Origin: Verrucomicrobiota bacterium
Lineage (GTDB): Bacteria; Verrucomicrobiota; Verrucomicrobiia; Verrucomicrobiales; Akkermansiaceae
DNA: 51,824 bases
Reading direction: 5' to 3'
Assembly (NCBI GenBank): GCA_008932935.1
Contig: WBXD01000001.1
Location: 1 to 51,824, forward strand
Made by a program: the position numbers and the translations under genes
Notes under the pieces: generated by a model
What the model saw: the letters and a program-made list of their open reading frames with translations, nothing else
What the model was told of the DNA's origin: nothing
Databases searched by the model: none
Shown: positions 46,598-51,824 of the stretch, piece by piece
Layout: each line of letters opens with the position of its first letter
Position numbering within the stretch: position 1 is the first letter of the stretch

Positions 46598-46837
46598 TCA
46601 GCCCAGACTGCGGTGACGGCCGCGTGCGGTGGTGGCTCCGCATGCTGGACACACGACGGTGCTACCGTGAGAGGAGTCCTCGAAAGCATGCAAGCAGAGG
46701 CGGCAGATGACTCGGCGGGCCATAGCTTGGCGCTTGCTGCGGGCATGAAAAAAGCGCGAGATCAAGGCGCTGAGCAACACCAGCGTGAGCGAGCCGGCCA
46801 GCGCCAAACGCACAAACTCAATGAGGGTGAGTTCCAT
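46598..46837 (-). CDS. Small membrane-anchored zinc-ribbon protein
   Basis: N-terminal TM helix, then CRLC...CPAC; overlaps the upstream gene. Confidence 0.65.
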   Translation of the reverse strand: MELTLIEFVRLALAGSLTLVLLSALISRFFHARSKRQAMARRVICRLCLHAFEDSSHGSTVVCPACGATTARGRHRSLG

Positions 46838-47612
46838 CGGTGGGTTGATTGTTGAACTTGATCCCTACCGCTAGCCAGCCGCCGTCTGCCGCCAGCTTTG
46901 GATCAAACACCACTCCGCGCAGCCAGGTTTCTACCGGTGTAGCCTCAGTGGCCGCCGCTTTCGTCAGCGAGACCGCTTCGGCCACCCCGCCGGTGGCATC
47001 GAGCCGCAGCACAAATCGCCACTCCGTCGCGCTCATCGCCGCGTCAATTTCGCCAACAAACACTGGCAAGTCTCGCGGCAGACCCACCGCCCCAACCTCG
47101 GACAAGGGGTAGAGCACAGGAGCTAGGCGGCCCGCTGGCAGCTCGTGCCGCGCAGCGTAAGGTGGCACGCGGCGCGGCAGCACCGGTGCGCTGTTGTTGG
47201 CGAGCGCCTGGGGGTGGGCCAGCGGGGGGCTTGGCAAGTCCCGCAAACTCGGCACGTAGGTGTGGCAAGTAATGCGCGTGGCCTGCAGCACGTCTTGCGC
47301 AAGTGCGGCGTATGCCTGCCATTGGGCCGCTTCGTAGCGCGCCAGCAAGGGGCCGCCTTCCTTGGCCCGCAGCACCCACGACACCCCGTTGCCGCTGGCG
47401 GGCAGTTGAATCCATGACGCCTTGCTCGCCATTTTGAATTGGGGAGCGGCCACCTTGATGCGCACCAAGCCGAGCAGCACGGCAAAGGCCAGGGAGGCCA
47501 GCAGGAGGTGGACGCCGGTGGCAATGAGCGAGCGGGGCGCTCTGCGCCAATCGAACAGCAGCTCTGCGGGTGTGCGGCTCCGATCCTTGGCGCTGATGTG
47601 GGCCTGGTTCAT
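46818..47612 (-). CDS. Membrane-anchored hypothetical protein, possibly a divergent TonB-like energy transducer
   Basis: Single TM helix; Pro-rich middle; C-terminal RFVLRLDATGGVAEAVSL...WLRGVVF resembling a TonB_C fold; coupled to exbD. Confidence 0.5.
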   Translation of the reverse strand: MNQAHISAKDRSRTPAELLFDWRRAPRSLIATGVHLLLASLAFAVLLGLVRIKVAAPQFKMASKASWIQLPASGNGVSWVLRAKEGGPLLARYEAAQWQAYAALAQDVLQATRITCHTYVPSLRDLPSPPLAHPQALANNSAPVLPRRVPPYAARHELPAGRLAPVLYPLSEVGAVGLPRDLPVFVGEIDAAMSATEWRFVLRLDATGGVAEAVSLTKAAATEATPVETWLRGVVFDPKLAADGGWLAVGIKFNNQPTDGTHPH

Positions 47613-48070
47613 GAATCCGGTAGGCCTGGGTCCGGACTGGCTGTCGTCCGTGGTGTGGGTGGCGACTGGCCCACCATCGCCAGCCGAAACCCCTTGCCCA
47701 CAATGAGTTCCGCCACCGCACGCTCCTCACCCACCGGGGTTGCCGCATCGGTTTGCAGCAAAATAACCGCTTTGGCCGCCACCCCGTCGGCACGCAAGCC
47801 ATCGAGGCGCGCCGCCAATTCGTCTAGCGTCACTGGATGGCGTTGCAGGTGAATGCGCGGGCCGCCTTGGCCGGGGCTCAAGGTAACCACCAAGGTCTCG
47901 CGGAAGCGCTCCATCTGAAACTTAGAGGGCGGCAAATCCACCATCACCCCTGACTGCGAAACCAGCGATGGCCCTAACATGAAAAACAGCATCAGCAACA
48001 AAAACAGGTTGAACGCCGGCAGCGCGTGCAGGAAGCCGGGGCGTTCGGGCAATGTCAGCTCCAACTTCAT
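47609..48070 (-). CDS. Divergent ExbD/TolR family protein
   Basis: ALPAFNLFLLLMLFFML; VDLP; ILLQTDAATP. The usual TM Asp appears to be replaced by Asn. Confidence 0.75.
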   Translation of the reverse strand: MKLELTLPERPGFLHALPAFNLFLLLMLFFMLGPSLVSQSGVMVDLPPSKFQMERFRETLVVTLSPGQGGPRIHLQRHPVTLDELAARLDGLRADGVAAKAVILLQTDAATPVGEERAVAELIVGKGFRLAMVGQSPPTPRTTASPDPGLPDS

Positions 48071-48777
48071 GGGGTGGCATTGAGCGGTGGGGGGGGCATG
48101 GCTTTGCCCGCGCTCACCTCACCGCGGAACGGCGCGAATTGCGACTCTTCACGAGCGTCTGAGATCAGGTGGACCATTTCAATGCCGGCCCGTTCGATGC
48201 GGTGCACCAGGCGCTTGGCCCGGCCCAGAAAATATAGGTAAAACACATACATCGGCACCGCCACCGTCAGCCCCACCACCGAGGTGATCAAGGCGGTGAA
48301 AACACCGCCGGAAAGCTCGCCGGGGCCGGAGAAGCCGCCTTGTTCGCTGACCCGTTGGAAGGTTTCGACCATGCCGACCATGGTGCCGAGCATGCCCACC
48401 AGTGGTGCCAACAGCGCCACGCCGAGGATGGCGCGGACGTTGTTTTCAATCTGCGGCACCTCTAGCTGGCCCGCTTCCTGCACCACATCGCGCAAATCCT
48501 GCCGCGGCAAATAATACCGCAGCAACGCCGCATGCGCCACCCGCGCCACTGGCCCCGGTGCCCGCGCCGCCTCGTGCACGGCCTCGGCAAACGCCCGCCG
48601 CCGGATGTGATGCGCCAGCCCCACCAGCAAATCGCCGACGTTGATGCGGGCCCGGTGAAAATAAAACAAGCGCTCGATCACACAGACCGTGCCGACAAAC
48701 GCCAGACCGAGCAGAATCCAGACCAGAGGCCCGCCACGCTCGATCAAACCCGATGGTTCCATTAATCCTAAGATCAT
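48067..48777 (-). CDS. MotA/TolQ/ExbB proton channel protein
   Basis: RGGPLVWIL; VIERLF; LAPLVGMLGTMVGMVETF; LSGGVFTALITSVVGLTVAVP. Confidence 0.85.
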   Translation of the reverse strand: MILGLMEPSGLIERGGPLVWILLGLAFVGTVCVIERLFYFHRARINVGDLLVGLAHHIRRRAFAEAVHEAARAPGPVARVAHAALLRYYLPRQDLRDVVQEAGQLEVPQIENNVRAILGVALLAPLVGMLGTMVGMVETFQRVSEQGGFSGPGELSGGVFTALITSVVGLTVAVPMYVFYLYFLGRAKRLVHRIERAGIEMVHLISDAREESQFAPFRGEVSAGKAMPPPPLNATP

Positions 48778-48865
48778 CCGGGGACAAACTACGCTGCCTA
48801 TCCGGCCGCTGACCAGCACCAAAAGCTTGCCACCCGCGCCACCCCCGCCCCAGCATCCCCCGCGC

Positions 48866-49513
48866 ATGCTCCAACTCGTCATTACCGGCGGCGGCGGCGG
48901 GCTCGGCCGCGCCCTGCTCGCCGCCTTTCACGGCCCGCCGTGGCAACCCGCCGCGCCCAGCCACGGCGAGCTCGACGTCACCGATGCGGCCGCCGTGCGC
49001 GGGTTTTTCGCCGGACGCAGGGTGGATTTGCTGGTTTGCGCGGCGGGCCTCACCCGTGATGGCCCGCTGGCCCGACTGACGGAAAGTGCCTGGGATGAAG
49101 TCATCGCCGTGAATTTCGGTGGTGCCCAGGCCTGTGCCGCGGCGGTGTTGCCAGGCATGCTGGCACGCGGCAGCGGCCACATCGTGTTCATTTCCAGCTT
49201 TGCGGCGCACCACCCGCCGCCAGGCCAAGCCGCCTATGCCACCGCCAAGGCCGGCTTGCTGGGCCTCACCCAACAGTTCGCCGAGCGCCACGGCCGCCAC
49301 GGCATCCGCGTCAACGCCATCCTCCCCGGTTTCCTGGAAACACCGATGACCCGTCCGGTGTCCGCCGCCCGCCGTGCCGCCGTCCTTGCCGGGCACGCCC
49401 TGGGTGCTTTCAACACGCCCGCCGCCGTCGCCGGCTTCATCCACTATCTTCACCACCAACTCCCTCATACGTCCGGCCAATTTTTTCAATTGGACAGTCG
49501 GCCCGCCACCTGA
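48866..49513 (+). CDS. Short-chain dehydrogenase/reductase (FabG-like)
   Basis: ITGGGGGLG; CAAGLTRDG; ISS; YATAK; IRVNAILPGFLETPM. Confidence 0.85.
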   Translation: MLQLVITGGGGGLGRALLAAFHGPPWQPAAPSHGELDVTDAAAVRGFFAGRRVDLLVCAAGLTRDGPLARLTESAWDEVIAVNFGGAQACAAAVLPGMLARGSGHIVFISSFAAHHPPPGQAAYATAKAGLLGLTQQFAERHGRHGIRVNAILPGFLETPMTRPVSAARRAAVLAGHALGAFNTPAAVAGFIHYLHHQLPHTSGQFFQLDSRPAT

Positions 49514-49609
49514 GGGTCGAGTTTTTTGAAGATTGTGCGGGCAAAAGGTTGTGTCGCGCTGTGAAATCCTGTTCAATTTCGCTACCCCAACTCACAAAAT
49601 AACTGACCC

Positions 49610-49909
49610 ATGAAAATCGTCAAAACCACCTTTGCCAATGAAGAAGTGCTGCTCGACTTCCACGAATACGACACCTGCGTGTTCCGCGATTGCCGCTTCG
49701 TGGTGCTCGGCTACGGCGCGTTCGTGCTCAACCAATGCGAGGTGATCAATTGCACCTTCAACTTTGCCGGTCCCGCCGCCAATACGATCCAGACGATGTC
49801 CGCCATCTATAACAACAACGGCGACCAGGGCAAACAACTCATCGAAGCCACCTTCGACAATATCCGCAAAGGCATCGCCGCCCCCGCCCAGCCCGCCACC
49901 CAAGCCTGA
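49610..49909 (+). CDS. Small hypothetical protein with Cys/Phe-rich beta-helix-like repeats
   Basis: Clean ATG after an AT-rich leader; host-like codon usage; F..C.F.DC.F...C...NC.F.F.GPAANT pattern. Confidence 0.65.
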   Translation: MKIVKTTFANEEVLLDFHEYDTCVFRDCRFVVLGYGAFVLNQCEVINCTFNFAGPAANTIQTMSAIYNNNGDQGKQLIEATFDNIRKGIAAPAQPATQA

Positions 49910-49973
49910 GCCCACGGCCGCGCAACGACACTTGCCAAGTGGCGTGATAGAGTGGCACTGCAATCGTCTGATT

Positions 49974-49993
49974 GTAGTGCCGGTCTGTGACCG
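49974..49993 (+). repeat. Possible solitary REP-like element
   Basis: GTAG-tgc-CGGTC-tgt-GACCG in intergenic DNA. Confidence 0.35.
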
Positions 49994-50035
49994 TCTCTGC
50001 TTCTGCTCCATTCCCATGCGGCGCTAGCGCATTTG

Positions 50036-50084
50036 TGTCTGATATGAAAGACATTGCTTGACGCAATGTCCGCCATAGCGGATG
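50036..50084 (+). promoter_or_regulatory. hipBA-like promoter with two candidate operators
   Basis: TGTCT-N8-AGACA (50036-50053) and TGTCC-N8-GGATG (50067-50084) flank a -35-like TTGACG (50058-50063). Confidence 0.55.
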
Positions 50085-50408
50085 GTCATTCGCGTGTCAC
50101 CGATACCTTCTATTCCGCTGCCAGCCGCCCATGCGTTGCTTAAACTGGGCCGTGATCTGGCGCTCGCGCGGCGCAAACGCGGCATCTCCACCGCCGATAT
50201 GGCCGAGCGCCTGCTGGTGAGCCGCGATACGCTGTGGCGCTTGGAGCGGGGGGATCCCAGCGTCGCCATGGGCACGCTGGCCACCGCTGTGTTTGTCCTC
50301 CAATTGCACGAGCGCCTCGGCAATCTTGCGGCTCCGGCCAGCGACGCGCTCGCCCTCAGTCTGGATGAAACCCGCCTGCCAAAACGCATCCGCCGCAGCC
50401 GCTCATGA
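50082..50408 (+). CDS. XRE/HTH antitoxin (HipB-like)
   Basis: LGRDLALARRKRGISTADMAERLLVSRDTLWRLERGDPSV; overlaps hipA via ATGA. The start may be GTG 50094. Confidence 0.85.
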   Translation: MVIRVSPIPSIPLPAAHALLKLGRDLALARRKRGISTADMAERLLVSRDTLWRLERGDPSVAMGTLATAVFVLQLHERLGNLAAPASDALALSLDETRLPKRIRRSRS

Positions 50409-51628
50409 GTGTCGAAGTTCACATCGACTGGGCGGAACAGACCCGGTTCGTCGGGATCATCCACAGCGCCACACGCAGTCCGACGGTCACCTTCGAGTAT
50501 GCGCCCGAATGGCTCACCAGCCAAGACGCGTTCGCCATCGACCCGACGGCGCTGCCGCTACGCCGCGGACCGCAGCACAGTCCGGCGCTTTTTGGCGCGA
50601 TGCAGGACTGCGGGCCGGATCGCTGGGGCCGCCTCCTCATCGAGCGGGCCGTGTGCAAACAAGTTCTCGACCGCAAACCCTATCAGGATCTCGATTATGT
50701 GCTCGCGCTTGACGACGCCTCGCGCATCGGTGCGCTGCGATTCCGTGCCAGTGCCGACGCTCCGTTCCTTGCCGCAGGCAATGGCAACATCCCTCCCTTG
50801 GTGAAACTCGCGGCCCTGCTCAACGCCGCCGCCGCCGTTCATGGTGAAACCGACACGGCCAGCGATCTGCGTTATCTGCTGGGGCAGGGCTCGCCACTCG
50901 GTGGTGCGCGGCCCAAGTCCGCCATCGCGCTCCCGGATGGCCGGTTTGCCATCGCCAAGTTCCCCAAGCCCGATGATATTCGCGACATTGCAGCAGGCGA
51001 AATTCTTGCCCTCACCCTCGCGCAGCGGGCCGGTATCCGGGTCGCGGATCACCGGCGGGTTACGGTTGCTGGGAGCAGCGTCGCCTTGATCACCCGCTTC
51101 GACCGCGAGGGCGCGCGGCGCATCCCGTTCATCTCGGCCAATAGCTTGTTAGGTCTGCCGCCGGGCGAGGCCGGGGCCTACACCCTGCTTGCCGATGGCA
51201 TTCGCCAATTCGGCCATCACGTCACCGCCGATCTGGGTGAAATGTGGCGTCGTCTTGTCTATTCACTTCTCGTCAGCAACTATGACGACCACCTCCGCAA
51301 CCACGGTTTTCTCATGCTCGCACCCGGACGTTGGGCGCTTTCCCCTGCCTACGACCTGAACCCCGTGCCGGAAATGGATCGAACGCAGATGCCCGCGACA
51401 CCCATTTCCGAACGGCAGGAGCCACCCGCCATCGCCGCCGCACTTGCTGCCGCGCCCCGCTTCGGGCTACACGCCACCGCCGCACGGGCGATTCTCCGCG
51501 AAGTCTTTACCGCTGTCTCCGGCTGGCGCCACGCCGGCAAAGCCTTGCGCATCAAGGCCTCCACACTCGATGCCTACGCCACCGCCTTCGACAATCCGCT
51601 CATGGCGCAAGCCCGGAAACACGCGTGA
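50405..51628 (+). CDS. hipA: HipA-family Ser/Thr kinase toxin
   Basis: FEYAPEW; PDRWGR; SRIGALRF; GSPLGGARPK; IAKFP; RFDR; NYDDHLRNHGF; LSPAYDLNP. Confidence 0.9.
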   Translation: MSVEVHIDWAEQTRFVGIIHSATRSPTVTFEYAPEWLTSQDAFAIDPTALPLRRGPQHSPALFGAMQDCGPDRWGRLLIERAVCKQVLDRKPYQDLDYVLALDDASRIGALRFRASADAPFLAAGNGNIPPLVKLAALLNAAAAVHGETDTASDLRYLLGQGSPLGGARPKSAIALPDGRFAIAKFPKPDDIRDIAAGEILALTLAQRAGIRVADHRRVTVAGSSVALITRFDREGARRIPFISANSLLGLPPGEAGAYTLLADGIRQFGHHVTADLGEMWRRLVYSLLVSNYDDHLRNHGFLMLAPGRWALSPAYDLNPVPEMDRTQMPATPISERQEPPAIAAALAAAPRFGLHATAARAILREVFTAVSGWRHAGKALRIKASTLDAYATAFDNPLMAQARKHA

Positions 51629-51784
51629 GCTACACGGTCTCGTCCCGCACCCTGGGGTGACTGGAACGCAACCGGGGTCAGGTAGCCTCCTTGCCACCAG
51701 GCGCTGCGGCCACCCCCCGGCAGCAGGCGGCTCTTGTCGTTTTTTCCGTGGCGGATGAGCAGCGTGCGGGCGGGATGCTTCACA

Positions 51785-51797
51785 ATTTATCTGTCAC
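51785..51797 (+). repeat. Partial copy of the RAYT-associated repeat core
   Basis: ATTTATCTGTCAC is a 13/13 match to the core of the 23-bp repeat; CTGTCAC recurs at 51817-51823. Confidence 0.55.
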
Positions 51798-51824
51798 TCT
51801 GTACTATCCGTCAAAACTGTCACA

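Noticed and set aside
48446-49576. 376-aa minus-strand ORF and the many other long antisense or alternative-frame ORFs
   Set aside because: Shadow ORFs of GC-rich genes; the opposite or alternative frames carry clear family motifs.
1-51824. rRNA, tRNA, riboswitch or alternative genetic code
   Set aside because: None recognised by eye, and genes end normally at TAA, TAG or TGA. A covariance-model scan would be needed to exclude small RNAs.

Overview
A GC-rich bacterial segment whose gene families point to Verrucomicrobiota (PVC superphylum): a PVC-type CxxCH dehydrogenase, DUF1080, a Verru_Chthon-like pseudopilin cassette and C-terminal 'DL..W...FYRL' domains. 1-21 kb (+): a glycan or glycoprotein degradation cluster. 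It pairs two Svx/AvrXca-like (DUF6055-type) HExxH metallopeptidases, one of them a 3262-aa multidomain surface protein, with two GH51 alpha-L-arabinofuranosidases and a GH127-like beta-L-arabinofuranosidase. 21-23.2 kb: a REP-associated tyrosine transposase (RAYT) bracketed by perfect 23-bp inverted repeats, with a GTAG-hairpin REP, a 154-bp tandem duplication of its right end, and two unrelated gene remnants as flanks. 23.4-29.6 kb (+): ThuA/PVC heme dehydrogenase, DUF1080 and a GH4 alpha-galactosidase. 29.7-33.1 kb: an unusually short Mini-III-like RNase, an RbsD/FucU-like lipoprotein and an MscS channel. 33-48.8 kb (-): two ExbB/ExbD sets, TPR proteins, a prenyltransferase-repeat protein and a four-gene pseudopilin cassette. 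48.9-51.8 kb: an SDR, a small hypothetical gene and a hipBA-like toxin-antitoxin pair with candidate operators. The most interesting candidates are a putative extensin/HRGP (Hyp-arabinoside glycoprotein) degradation system and the inverted-repeat-bounded RAYT element. All family calls come from motifs recognised by eye; no database searches were run.
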